A program made the position numbers and the translations under genes. From contig JAWLHB010000007.1 in assembly GCA_041690595.1 (NCBI GenBank), positions 186,001 to 250,000 on the forward strand: DNA of 64,000 bases. Direction: 5' to 3'. The notes beneath the pieces are model-generated. The model was not told the DNA's origin, did not search any database, and saw only the letters and a list, made by a program, of their open reading frames with translations. Positions 37,750-46,904 of this stretch are shown here, one piece after another. The DNA is from Lentisphaeria bacterium. Lineage in GTDB: Bacteria > Verrucomicrobiota > Lentisphaeria > JABSQK01 > JAWLHB01. Position 1 is the first letter of the stretch. Every line of letters starts with the position of its first letter.

Positions 37750-39222
37750 ATGACGAGAGTGCATTCACAAGCAATGCTGTTGGGGTTCCTGATCAGCATC
37801 TGGGGGCTCGCAGGCGATAAGGTCGTGGACCTTGCAGCCTGGCGAAGTACGCCTGCGGTGCACGGCCTTGCGACCTGCGTCCCCGAGCTGGCCTATCCGC
37901 TGCCGGAGGGCTGGCTGCCCACGCTTTTCTGGTGGCAAGTGCCGTTGTCGTACGACAATGCCGCTGCCTTGGAGGGGGAGCTGCGGGTGTTGGCGGCGCG
38001 TGGCTTGTCACCGTGTATCGAGTTGCGTGGCGACTATCAGGCGCCCGCCGAGCACATCGAAAACGCCATTGACAGCGCCAGAGCACTGGCTGCGGCCGGC
38101 ATTCCCGTGAACCTGGCCATGAAGGGAGGGTTGAGCCTCTATCGGCTGCCGGACGGCACGTTGGCGCGGCATGCCGATGCCCCGGACGACGAGCAGAAAG
38201 ATGCCCATGGCAAGATCTTCAGCTGGCTGCCGCTACGCGATGGATGGACGGCCATGGCGATGCATCTGGAGCAACTCTTTGCCCGGTTCGCGGCAGCGAC
38301 TATCCCCATTGCGGGCGTTTGGTACGACTACGAAGATCACCCGCATCCCTGGAACGGTATGTGGCAGCACAGCGGCCGGTGCGCCCGCTGTCGTCAAGCC
38401 ATCGGGGACGAGAACCTGAAGGATCGTGAGTCCTGGCTGACGTGGGTGTACAACCTCAACGTAGAGGCATTGGCTACCGCGTTTGCCGGACCCGTCGAGG
38501 CGGCCTTGCCGGCTGCCGAAGTCGGCTTCTACGGCTATGTGCCGTCTACGGAGGAGTATCCCACGATGCCGTGGCTCGGCACGAGCTATGCGTATCCGCC
38601 GCGCCGGATCAACCCGTCGAGCATTGACGTGGCGCAACCGGTCTGCTATGCGTCCCGTGGCATTGCCGCCAAGGCAGGAAACCACGACGCGGCCTATCTG
38701 GCGACGCTGCTCAATGCCATCCGTCACGTCCAGCGCAATCTGCGCATCGACCAGCGCCTGATGCCGTATGTGTGCAGCGAGGTGACGCCGCACCATTTCG
38801 CTCAGGCACCGCGCCTGAGCAAGGCGATGTACCGGGAGTTCCTGCGCCACACGATCCTGCGTGGCGCCCGCGGTTTTTACTGCTTCAACGTGGCGCCGCC
38901 CTATATGCCGACGCCCGAGCATTACAGCGAACTGGCGGACATCAACAGCGTCTACAACGAGCTTTTCGCGCCGCCTTTTCGCGAGTTTCTGGAGGGGGGC
39001 GTTGTGCTGAACGACAGCTACCTCGATCCAGCGGAGGAGTCTGCTATCGTCTGGTCGGGCATGCGCCGCGGGAATCGTGCCTTGATCAGGGTGCTTTCGC
39101 TGGGTGCGCCGACCATCGTGGAGATTGCACCGTTTCCCGACCTGACGGTGCACCTGATCGCGCCGTCTGGAGGCAAAAGCTATCTGGTCGATGAATCGGG
39201 TAGCATCGAGCCGCTGAACTGA
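37750..39222 (+). CDS. Uncharacterised secreted protein, paralog A
   Basis: Signal-peptide-like N-terminus; GVWYDYE, CARC, YREFLRH..LRGARGFY; colinear with 40022-41548. Confidence 0.8.
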   Translation: MTRVHSQAMLLGFLISIWGLAGDKVVDLAAWRSTPAVHGLATCVPELAYPLPEGWLPTLFWWQVPLSYDNAAALEGELRVLAARGLSPCIELRGDYQAPAEHIENAIDSARALAAAGIPVNLAMKGGLSLYRLPDGTLARHADAPDDEQKDAHGKIFSWLPLRDGWTAMAMHLEQLFARFAAATIPIAGVWYDYEDHPHPWNGMWQHSGRCARCRQAIGDENLKDRESWLTWVYNLNVEALATAFAGPVEAALPAAEVGFYGYVPSTEEYPTMPWLGTSYAYPPRRINPSSIDVAQPVCYASRGIAAKAGNHDAAYLATLLNAIRHVQRNLRIDQRLMPYVCSEVTPHHFAQAPRLSKAMYREFLRHTILRGARGFYCFNVAPPYMPTPEHYSELADINSVYNELFAPPFREFLEGGVVLNDSYLDPAEESAIVWSGMRRGNRALIRVLSLGAPTIVEIAPFPDLTVHLIAPSGGKSYLVDESGSIEPLN

Positions 39223-39249
39223 CAATCCCCATCAGGAGAGGAATTCGCC

Positions 39250-40011
39250 ATGGTCGTTCCAAGACGCGTCATCATCCGTCAATTCCCGGTGTGTTTCACC
39301 TTGATAGAGCTGTTGGTTGTGATAGCCATCATCGCGGTTCTGGCATCGATGCTGTTGCCGGTGCTGTCGGCGGCGAGGGAGAAAGGGCTGAGCGTTTCCT
39401 GCATGGGGCAGCAGAGGCAACTGGGCATGGGGTTTGAGATGTACATGGACAGCGAGAGCGATCAGTTCTTTCCTCATGCGAGCGGCTCGAGCGTATCATG
39501 GCGGCCGGTCTGGTTCATTCCGGTGGCGCGGGCGATGTCGATCCCCGGAGCACCGGACCAGGATACCACGCTCTGGTCTCCGCCCCGAAAGTCGATCTTG
39601 TGGTGTCCCCGGGCGCGTGTCGATGGCTTTGTGGCGTCAGTCTGGTATCTGTCGTACTCGTATCCGTATGGTGGTTGGAGCGACCGGGCTCTCGGCGGCC
39701 CCTTCTATGGGTGGAGCGGGTTGGGACCGCGCCGTCACAGCGAAGTCCAAGTACCCGAGCGCACGACGCTTCTGGTGGAGATGGTCAATAACGCGCCGGG
39801 AGTGTCTTCCCACCTGTGGGGAAGCAGCTTGCTCAGGTGGGAAGGCCCCACCATCAACGGTGCCACCTGGCACTTCGGCCGGCATGGCAGAGAGTATCAG
39901 GTCAGCAATTTTCTGTACGTAGACGGGCACGTCGAGCCGAAGCTGGATGGTCGGCGGCTGACGGCCCAGTTCAGTCCGACCGCCGATCCCTACAACTTCG
40001 ACATGCGCTAG
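39250..40011 (+). CDS. Prepilin-type N-terminal / H-X9-DG domain protein #2
   Basis: [40 protein letters not shown]...SNFLYVDGH. Confidence 0.9.
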   Translation: MVVPRRVIIRQFPVCFTLIELLVVIAIIAVLASMLLPVLSAAREKGLSVSCMGQQRQLGMGFEMYMDSESDQFFPHASGSSVSWRPVWFIPVARAMSIPGAPDQDTTLWSPPRKSILWCPRARVDGFVASVWYLSYSYPYGGWSDRALGGPFYGWSGLGPRRHSEVQVPERTTLLVEMVNNAPGVSSHLWGSSLLRWEGPTINGATWHFGRHGREYQVSNFLYVDGHVEPKLDGRRLTAQFSPTADPYNFDMR

Positions 40012-40021
40012 GAGACCCGCC

Positions 40022-41548
40022 ATGCACCGAACTACCCCGCTTGCCCTGTTTGCTTTTGCCGCGTTGCTCACCGCTCTCGTTCTTGCGGATGAGAAGCCTG
40101 AGTCGGCGCCTGAATGGACTACCAGGCCCTTGCTGGAAGGCATTGTCGTCAATGTTCCCGAGCTGGCTCACCCTTATCCGGAAGGTTGGCAACCGACGCT
40201 GCATTGGACGCAGGTACCGCTGTCGTTCGATGATCCGATGGCGCTGAAAGGGGAACTGGTGGCCCTTCAGGCGAGGGGGATCCTGCCCTGCATCGAAGTC
40301 AGTGGCGACTACGCGGATTACTGGGCGTATCCCGCCACCGAAGAAAGCCTAACGAGGGCGTTGGCGCAAGCCAAGGCTGTGGCGGCGGCGGGTTTCCCGG
40401 TCCACTTGGCCATGAAGGGCGTGCTTGCTCTCTACATCGTGCCTGGCGGCAAGAAGGGGCAGCCGGTCGTGCACGACCAGGCACCGGTCGAAGGCCAGAA
40501 GACTGCCGTAGGCGGCGATTTTTGTTGCCTGCCCTTGCGCGATGGGTGGACGGCGCGGGCAGCGCAACAACGCGCGCTCTTCCAGAGATTCGCGGCTGCA
40601 GAGATCCCGATTGCCGGCGTCTGGTACGACTATGAAGGGCTGCCCTACCCGTGGAACGGCTACTATGAGCACAGTCAGCGGTGTCCCGGATGTCGCGCGG
40701 CGATCCCGCCCGAGATCTTGGCGGACCGTCAGCGTTTCGTGGCCTGGGCGCTGAATCTTCGGGATGAGGCGATGGTGGAGGCGTTCGCCATCCCCGTCAG
40801 CGAGGTACTGCCGGATGCGCTTCTGGGCTTCTACGGTTTCACCTTGTCGAGCGAAGCGCATCCGTCTCTGCTTACCATGGGAACGCGCCTGCCGCCTGCC
40901 GTGCACAATCCCCAGGAAATCGACGTCGTCCAGCCGGTTTGCTATGCCAGTGAGAGCGTCGTTGGGCGCTTCTATAATGCGGACTGGCCGACCCCGCGGC
41001 GGGAGACAGATGCGGTCTACATGGCAACTCTGTTGCGTACGATGAGTGGCCTCCATTGGAACATGCGGGACAATCAACGGATGGTCCCTTACGTAAGCAG
41101 CTACGTGGGTACCCGTCAGCATACACTGCCGCGCATGAGCAAGTCCCTCTATCGGGAATTCCTGCGCCATGCCATGCTGCGGGGAGCCCGTGGTTTCTAT
41201 TGCTTCACGGTCTCACCACCGTACGGAACGATGGCCGACTATTACGAGGAACTGGCGGACATCAATCATGTCTACAATGAGCTGTTTGCCGCGCCCTTTC
41301 GGGACTTTCTGGAGGGCGGGGCGGTACTGCACGACGTTTGGCCCGACCCGAAGGATGACACCGCGGTTATCTGGTCTGGGCTTGCCAAGGGGGATCGAGC
41401 GCTGGTGCGGATCCTCACCCTGGCCGCCTCGTCACGGGCCGTGGATATTGTCCCGTTTCCTGGAGGAAATGCAGTGCACCTGATAGCCCAGCCAGCCGGC
41501 TCTACGTACATCGTGACGCGGGACGGCGCGGTCGAGCTGTTGCCGTGA
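40022..41548 (+). CDS. Uncharacterised secreted protein, paralog B
   Basis: Signal peptide MHRTTPLALFAFAALLTALVLA; GVWYDYE, CPGC, YREFLRHAMLRGARGFY. Confidence 0.8.
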   Translation: MHRTTPLALFAFAALLTALVLADEKPESAPEWTTRPLLEGIVVNVPELAHPYPEGWQPTLHWTQVPLSFDDPMALKGELVALQARGILPCIEVSGDYADYWAYPATEESLTRALAQAKAVAAAGFPVHLAMKGVLALYIVPGGKKGQPVVHDQAPVEGQKTAVGGDFCCLPLRDGWTARAAQQRALFQRFAAAEIPIAGVWYDYEGLPYPWNGYYEHSQRCPGCRAAIPPEILADRQRFVAWALNLRDEAMVEAFAIPVSEVLPDALLGFYGFTLSSEAHPSLLTMGTRLPPAVHNPQEIDVVQPVCYASESVVGRFYNADWPTPRRETDAVYMATLLRTMSGLHWNMRDNQRMVPYVSSYVGTRQHTLPRMSKSLYREFLRHAMLRGARGFYCFTVSPPYGTMADYYEELADINHVYNELFAAPFRDFLEGGAVLHDVWPDPKDDTAVIWSGLAKGDRALVRILTLAASSRAVDIVPFPGGNAVHLIAQPAGSTYIVTRDGAVELLP

Positions 41549-41621
41549 GCCTGGCTCCAGCCAGCCCCCCCCAGGTTATCGAACTCTGCTTTCGCGGACA
41601 ATCATCAACTGAGGAATCCCT

Positions 41622-42947
41622 GTGTTCAGTCCCTTCCACTCCCTGTTCTCGCTCAAGGCTGCGCGAGAATGCAGCACCTACCGGAGCAGCAGCTATGACC
41701 GCAGCGGCGGCAATGCCGATTTTGAGCGCTTGCTGCCCGGCCAATCGGTCACTATCCTCGAGGCCGAGGGGCCAGGAACGATTACGCACATCTGGTTTGC
41801 ACTCGGCAGTCTCGACCCCGACTACCTGCGCCAACTGGTGGTGCGCGCTTGGTGGGATGGTGAGGGATCACCCAGCTTGGAGTGCCCGCTGGGCGATTTT
41901 TTTGGGGTGGGGCACGGGATCTCCAGCAAGTACGATTCGGCGGTGATGAACATGGTGCGCGGCACCGGCGAGCGCGGCGGCGCCACCGGCGTCAACTGCT
42001 GGCTGCCGATGCCATTCGGCGAAAGTGCCCGGATCACGGTGACCAACGACGGCGAGCTGCCCTGTCAAGCGTTGTATTACCAGGTGGACTGGCTGCGGGT
42101 AGCTGAGGCAGATGTCGCCGATCGGGGTCGCTTTCACGCCCAGTGGCGGCGAAATCCCCGTTGCCGGCCAAGGACGGACAGAGACGCCTACGAGACGCGT
42201 GGAGTCCACGGACGCTGGGCCATCAATCTCGATGGTGCGGATAACTTTGTCGCCGCCGACCTGAGGGGTCTCGGTCGCCTGCTCGGTGTCAATCTGAGTA
42301 TCGACAATCTCGACGATTCGCATCACGATCGCTATGTGTGCTGCTTCAATGAGGGGGATGAATGGATCGTCATCGACGGGGAGCCCTACCCGCCGCGACT
42401 GCATGGAACCGGAACCGAGGACTACTTCTCCGATGCCTGGGGGATGACCGGCGATGCGCGCCTGTGGTCAGGGACCAGTCTCTGGGAAGATGCGCAGCGC
42501 AAGGCGGGCAAGCGCCCGAAGGGCACCTGCTATCGCTGGCATCTGCCGGACCCGATTTACTTCCGTGAATCCTTGCAGTTGAGTTTTGAGCACGGGCACG
42601 CGAATCACCAGGCGAACGACCTCGCCGCCACAGTGTACTGGTATCAGGAGGAGCCGCACCGCCCATTCCCCCTGGCGCCGGTCGCGGAGCGACTGCCGGT
42701 GCGCGATATCGGCGCGCCAGATGTCGAGGCGGAGCGCCGGGCCGTGTCCGCGGCAGCTTGGGCGGTGAACGCCTGGTATGACATCTTTCTCGACGGTACA
42801 CGCGAGGAGTTGGCCGCCGTTCAACAAAGGGGGGCTGACATCGGGCCTGTATGCGGGATCTGTGACAGCTTTCTGCGCGGCCAGGCCACGGTGGGTGCCG
42901 TTCTGGAGGCCGCCGACACCCTTAGGCATCAACTGGGGGGCGGCTGA
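41622..42947 (+). CDS. DUF2961 / GH172-family glycoside hydrolase
   Basis: SSYDRSGGNAD, GPGTITHIW, PLGDFFG, NEGDE, HGTGTEDYF, EHGHAN; GTG start with GAGG RBS. Confidence 0.88.
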   Translation: MFSPFHSLFSLKAARECSTYRSSSYDRSGGNADFERLLPGQSVTILEAEGPGTITHIWFALGSLDPDYLRQLVVRAWWDGEGSPSLECPLGDFFGVGHGISSKYDSAVMNMVRGTGERGGATGVNCWLPMPFGESARITVTNDGELPCQALYYQVDWLRVAEADVADRGRFHAQWRRNPRCRPRTDRDAYETRGVHGRWAINLDGADNFVAADLRGLGRLLGVNLSIDNLDDSHHDRYVCCFNEGDEWIVIDGEPYPPRLHGTGTEDYFSDAWGMTGDARLWSGTSLWEDAQRKAGKRPKGTCYRWHLPDPIYFRESLQLSFEHGHANHQANDLAATVYWYQEEPHRPFPLAPVAERLPVRDIGAPDVEAERRAVSAAAWAVNAWYDIFLDGTREELAAVQQRGADIGPVCGICDSFLRGQATVGAVLEAADTLRHQLGGG

Positions 42948-42980
42948 CCGACGCCGTTGGGAGGTCCGCGGGGGCTGAGC

Positions 42981-43013
42981 GATCTGACGGTTCTGACGGA
43001 TCTGACGGATCTG
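42981..43013 (+). repeat. 9-bp tandem repeat (TCTGACGGA x3.5), same family as 31437
   Basis: gatctgacggttctgacggatctgacggatctg. Confidence 0.8.
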
Positions 43014-43040
43014 TGGGCTTTGGGGGGGAGGGCTGTGGGA

Positions 43041-43060
43041 AATGGGAAGTACCTGTCCCC
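43041..43060 (+). repeat. 20-bp direct repeat, copy 1
   Basis: AATGGGAAGTACCTGTCCCC; 18/20 identical to 46295-46314. Confidence 0.7.
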
Positions 43061-43151
43061 TGATTGAGGCGTCTTGTACTTTTGTGGAAGGTCAGGTAGC
43101 TTGTTCACGCCGCCGATGACGCAATCATGTCAGACACAGCAGAGGCGTATA

Positions 43152-46100
43152 ATGCACGCGTTTCGTGAGGACGAGCGACTCTGGGATCGTGAAGCATCGT
43201 TGTGGGAGATGGCACAGACGGTCACCTTGAAGAGAGCCGTGCCGTCGGACAACCCGATGCCGGAGGGGATGTGGCAGTGCGGGCCCACGCCGGCGGTGAA
43301 CTTGAGTACGCAGAAGTTGAAGGCGGGGCTCTGGGGAGCGCCGGAGTCGCTGACGCTGAGCCTGGGCAAGACGGATGTCTGGGACCGCCGCCAGGGGTGG
43401 GCGAAGCCGTTGACGCTGGCGGAGATTCGCGAGGGTGCATTCTCCGCGGCCAATGCGGGGATAAAGCCAACGCAGAGCGTCGGTGGATACCTGCTGCCGG
43501 AGGGGGGTGCGGCGGAGCGTTACCGCTATCATGGGGCGTACGCGTTTCCGTGCCCGAAACCGGTTGGGCAGGTCATTCTTCGTTGCGCGGAGTTCGCGGG
43601 CGCCCGGCAACCGGAATCGGCCATTTCCTGTGCGGACGGCACCGCTCGGCTCGCGCTACGGCATGGGCAGGTAAGCCTGGAGACGACCTGGCTCGCCATG
43701 ATGACACGCAATCTTGTCGCTATCCGCTTTGCGGGGCAGGGGTTGGCGAGGCCACCCGCGCTGCGCCTGTACCGTCATCGGGATACGACGGGGCTGGGAC
43801 GCCAGTTGCGGGATGACCAGTACGACTATGCCGCGGATGTGGGCTTGGACATTCCGTTTGGCCCACCGGTGGCTGGGAAGGATGATCGCTTCTTCTGGGT
43901 TCGCCAGCGCTTTCCGGCCGAGAAGACCTTTCCGGCCGGGTTCGAGTACGTGTTGATGGGGTTAGTCGTCGAGGACCGGGTCGCGTTGGAGGCGGTGAAC
44001 GACATGTGCGGCATGGGCACGAAGGCCGCGGAGCGAAAGACAACCGGTCGCGCGTTTTCGGGAATCCGGATTGCGGGCGAGGAGAATGACAGCCCGGGTT
44101 CCGCCGCGACCGCGCAGTGGGCGCAGGGCCGCCAACAGGGGACGGCGCTGGTGGTTGTGGTGACGAGTGCGGAGTCCGGTGAGCCCATGGAAGAAGCTCG
44201 TCGTCAACTGCTGGCGGCGGAAGGGATGGGATGGGACGGTCTGGTAGCCGAAAACGCCGGGTGGTTCCACGATTTCTACGAGCGGCGCGAAAGGGGACGG
44301 GTCTTCAGCGGCTCAAACGAGCTTCTTCGCCTGCGCATGCCGTTTGTCTTTCGCAGCTGGAGTGCGGCGCCCGATGTGATGGCCGAGTCGTACCTGACGC
44401 ACCCAGACCCAACACGTTATGAGGCAGATGAGAGCTATGCCATGCTTGGGGACTCTAGTCCGTTTCACGGCTTGCCCTGCTACAACGAGATCTATTGCAC
44501 CGGCCAGCACGTGCTGAATCGCAGCGACCGCGTCAGCTATTGGCCGAAGCTGGCAACCCACTGGCTGGAGGCTGCCAAGGAGAACGCCCGTACGGTCTTC
44601 GGTCTTCCCGGCGCCTTCGGCCCGACCCACGGTTATCTGCCGCCGATAAAGGCGGACGCGTACGCGCATTGCTCGTCGATCTGGGAGTTCTGCATGGAGA
44701 GCCCGGCTCAGGTGCTCAAGGTGGCCTGGGATACCTGGGATTATGGCGGTGACGATGGCTTTCTGGCGGGCATCGTTTATCCAGCCCTGCGTGAATTGGC
44801 TATTTTCTATGCGGCGTACGTCACCCTTGGGGAGGACGGCAAGTACCATGTCATCCCGACGGTTTCGGCGGAACACTGGGGATGGACCTACCAGTTTGCG
44901 CGCAATCGGGATTCGTCCTCTGCGCTGAGCCTCTTTCGCTGGACGCTGGAGGCGGCTATTCAGGCTTCCGAACTTCTGGAGCGGGATGCCGAGTTGCGCG
45001 AGGGATGGCAGGACGTAGCGCTGCGCCTGGCGGCTTATCCAACGACAAAGGATATGGAAGAGGCGTTTCGGCGGGAGCGGGAGACGAGGTCTGAAGCGGC
45101 GGAGATCCAGGGGGAGTGCGTATTCCCGCGGGAGTGGTCGGTTTTCGGTCCGGTCGGCGCAGACGCGCCAGAGCCCGATTTCGCAGGTATCGGCGAGCTG
45201 CCGGCCGAGCTGATGATTGCTGGTGAACGCCTTGCTGCCCGGAAGGGGGTGTTCAGCCGCAATCGCCTGGACCTTGGCGAGCTTCTCGGAGGCATAGAAA
45301 GCGGGAAAGCCGCCTACCTGCTGGCGGACATTTTGGCCGACCGGGAGATGGTGGCCACCTTCAGCGCCGGTGCCGATTGGTGGATGAGGTGGCGGTTCAA
45401 CGGCGAAGTGGTCTGCGACACGTTTCCGGCCGGAAATCGCGCGCACCCCCCCAGTCTGCTTGACCACCGGTTCACGGTTCACCTCAAATCGGGGACGAAT
45501 CGTATTGCCGTGAAGGTCGTCGGCGGGACCGGCAGTTTCATGTTGGTGGCGGGTGGCCCGTACGAGGTGCGCGGGGAGCTGCGTGAGCCAAGTTGGCTGG
45601 CGAGGATCGCGGAGGAAGGCTGCGTTTACTGCGGCGAGGCTGGTGTCAGTCCCTTCGAGTCATCGTTCAACTTTTATCATGGCGTGACGCCTACGCTTCT
45701 GGCCGATCGGATACACCTGGATTCCGAGCCCGGTGAAATCGAGGTCATGTTGCGTACCGCCCGGTTAACCGGCGGGTGGCGCAACCGCGATGTCTTTCAT
45801 CTGCTGGGCGCCTATCCGGCGCTGCGCAAAGGGGTGCTTGCTTCCCAATACTTCGACGCCAAACCGGACGAGCCGATAGATACGCCGGAGAAACTGTTGG
45901 AGGTCATCGCGGAAGAGCCGGAACGGCTCCTCAATTCCCGCTCGGGTCGTATTCATCTGTTTCCGTGCGTGCCGCCGGGCACGACCATCGCTTTTCGCGA
46001 TTTTCAGGCACGCAACGGGTTCCTGGTATCGGCAGAAATGGTTGAAGGCCGGGTCACCTTTGTTCGCATCGCGGCCCGTCGAGATGTCCTCTGCCAGGTG

Positions 46101-46244
46101 ATGAACCCCTGGCCCGGCCGCCCGCTTGTCGTGTGTGGCGACGAAGACGGTCGAGACGTAGCGCACGAGATGGACACGGTGCGGGGGGAATGCCTGCTTT
46201 TCCATGGAGAAAGCGGCCATTCGTACCGATTGGCGCCGTTGTAA
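43152..46244 (+). CDS. GH95-like (alpha/alpha)6 glycoside hydrolase with inserted beta-sandwich module
   Basis: LSLGKTDVWD, HVIPTVSAEH, C-terminal LLNSRSGRIHLFP...ARNGFLVSA; start uncertain (43074-43209). Confidence 0.7.
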   Translation: MHAFREDERLWDREASLWEMAQTVTLKRAVPSDNPMPEGMWQCGPTPAVNLSTQKLKAGLWGAPESLTLSLGKTDVWDRRQGWAKPLTLAEIREGAFSAANAGIKPTQSVGGYLLPEGGAAERYRYHGAYAFPCPKPVGQVILRCAEFAGARQPESAISCADGTARLALRHGQVSLETTWLAMMTRNLVAIRFAGQGLARPPALRLYRHRDTTGLGRQLRDDQYDYAADVGLDIPFGPPVAGKDDRFFWVRQRFPAEKTFPAGFEYVLMGLVVEDRVALEAVNDMCGMGTKAAERKTTGRAFSGIRIAGEENDSPGSAATAQWAQGRQQGTALVVVVTSAESGEPMEEARRQLLAAEGMGWDGLVAENAGWFHDFYERRERGRVFSGSNELLRLRMPFVFRSWSAAPDVMAESYLTHPDPTRYEADESYAMLGDSSPFHGLPCYNEIYCTGQHVLNRSDRVSYWPKLATHWLEAAKENARTVFGLPGAFGPTHGYLPPIKADAYAHCSSIWEFCMESPAQVLKVAWDTWDYGGDDGFLAGIVYPALRELAIFYAAYVTLGEDGKYHVIPTVSAEHWGWTYQFARNRDSSSALSLFRWTLEAAIQASELLERDAELREGWQDVALRLAAYPTTKDMEEAFRRERETRSEAAEIQGECVFPREWSVFGPVGADAPEPDFAGIGELPAELMIAGERLAARKGVFSRNRLDLGELLGGIESGKAAYLLADILADREMVATFSAGADWWMRWRFNGEVVCDTFPAGNRAHPPSLLDHRFTVHLKSGTNRIAVKVVGGTGSFMLVAGGPYEVRGELREPSWLARIAEEGCVYCGEAGVSPFESSFNFYHGVTPTLLADRIHLDSEPGEIEVMLRTARLTGGWRNRDVFHLLGAYPALRKGVLASQYFDAKPDEPIDTPEKLLEVIAEEPERLLNSRSGRIHLFPCVPPGTTIAFRDFQARNGFLVSAEMVEGRVTFVRIAARRDVLCQVMNPWPGRPLVVCGDEDGRDVAHEMDTVRGECLLFHGESGHSYRLAPL

Positions 46245-46294
46245 TGACATGAGGCAGGTGGCGGGGTGGAGGCCAGGCGGGTGGAACGTGCCTT

Positions 46295-46314
46295 AATGGG
46301 AAGCACCTGTCGCC
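46295..46314 (+). repeat. 20-bp direct repeat, copy 2
   Basis: AATGGGAAGCACCTGTCGCC. Confidence 0.7.
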
Positions 46315-46325
46315 AAGGTGAGGCA

Positions 46326-46350
46326 GACAGACGAAACGGACAGAAACGGA
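46326..46350 (+). repeat. 9/10-bp microsatellite (GACGAAACG-type), same family as 28343
   Basis: gacagacgaaacggacagaaacgga. Confidence 0.5.
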
Positions 46351-46561
46351 GGCAACATACGAGCCCGCCCCTCGTTTGAAGTGGGATGGTTCACCGGAAT
46401 GGACTGAGATAGAACAAAATCTGCTTAATATGAGTTGACTTTTGAGTTATCCATGCTCTATTGGTTGGCGGTGATACCTCAAATTTTCGGAAATGGTAAG
46501 CAGGCATGGGTGGACAGGGACGAGCAATGGGGCAGGTTCTGGAGACCGGGGTTTTCGGTGC

Positions 46562-46760
46562 GGTGGTACCGAGGATTCGACCGATGTTTTCGGTGCTTTT
46601 TGGTGGACCGAGGATTGGACCGATGTTTTTGGTGGACCGAGGATTGGCGATGTTTTTGGTGGACCGAGGATTGGACCGATGTTTTTGGTGGACCGAGGAT
46701 TAGACCGATGTTTTTGGTGGACCGAGGATTAGACCGATGTTTTTGGTGGACTGCGGATTT
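46562..46760 (+). repeat. 29-bp tandem repeat array (about 6.5 units, no spacers)
   Basis: Unit GGTGGACCGAGGATT(G/A)GACCGATGTTTTT at 46602, 46631 (27 bp), 46658, 46687, 46716; degenerate copies at 46562 and 46745. Confidence 0.95.
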
Positions 46761-46801
46761 CAGAGGCGGGCGGGGAGAGCCAGACTTCATTTTTTTGTTT
46801 C

Positions 46802-46850
46802 TTGCATTGGACTGGTTGAGCTTCTATACTATCGAGAGTCTTCGTAGAAC
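46802..46850 (+). promoter_or_regulatory. Sigma70 promoter plus downstream operator-like site
   Basis: TTGCAT-17bp-TATACT (46802-46830); AGTCTTCGTAGAAC (46837-46850) is 11/14 identical to the palindrome at 53502. Confidence 0.65.
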
Positions 46851-46904
46851 CTAAGTCGGCGCATCTGGCGCCTGAGGCGCAACATCGGACGGGGAGAGCT
46901 ACCC

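Noticed and set aside
46562..46760. CRISPR array
   Set aside because: Units are directly adjacent with no unique spacers, and no cas genes are in the window.
46361..46775. MITE with terminal inverted repeats (GCCCGCCCCTC / GAGGCGGGC) around the array
   Set aside because: The match is short, gapped and GC-only; no target-site duplication seen.
46435..46854. ORFs of 65-139 aa across the 29-bp array
   Set aside because: Translations just cycle through the repeat's frames; no RBS or coding signature.
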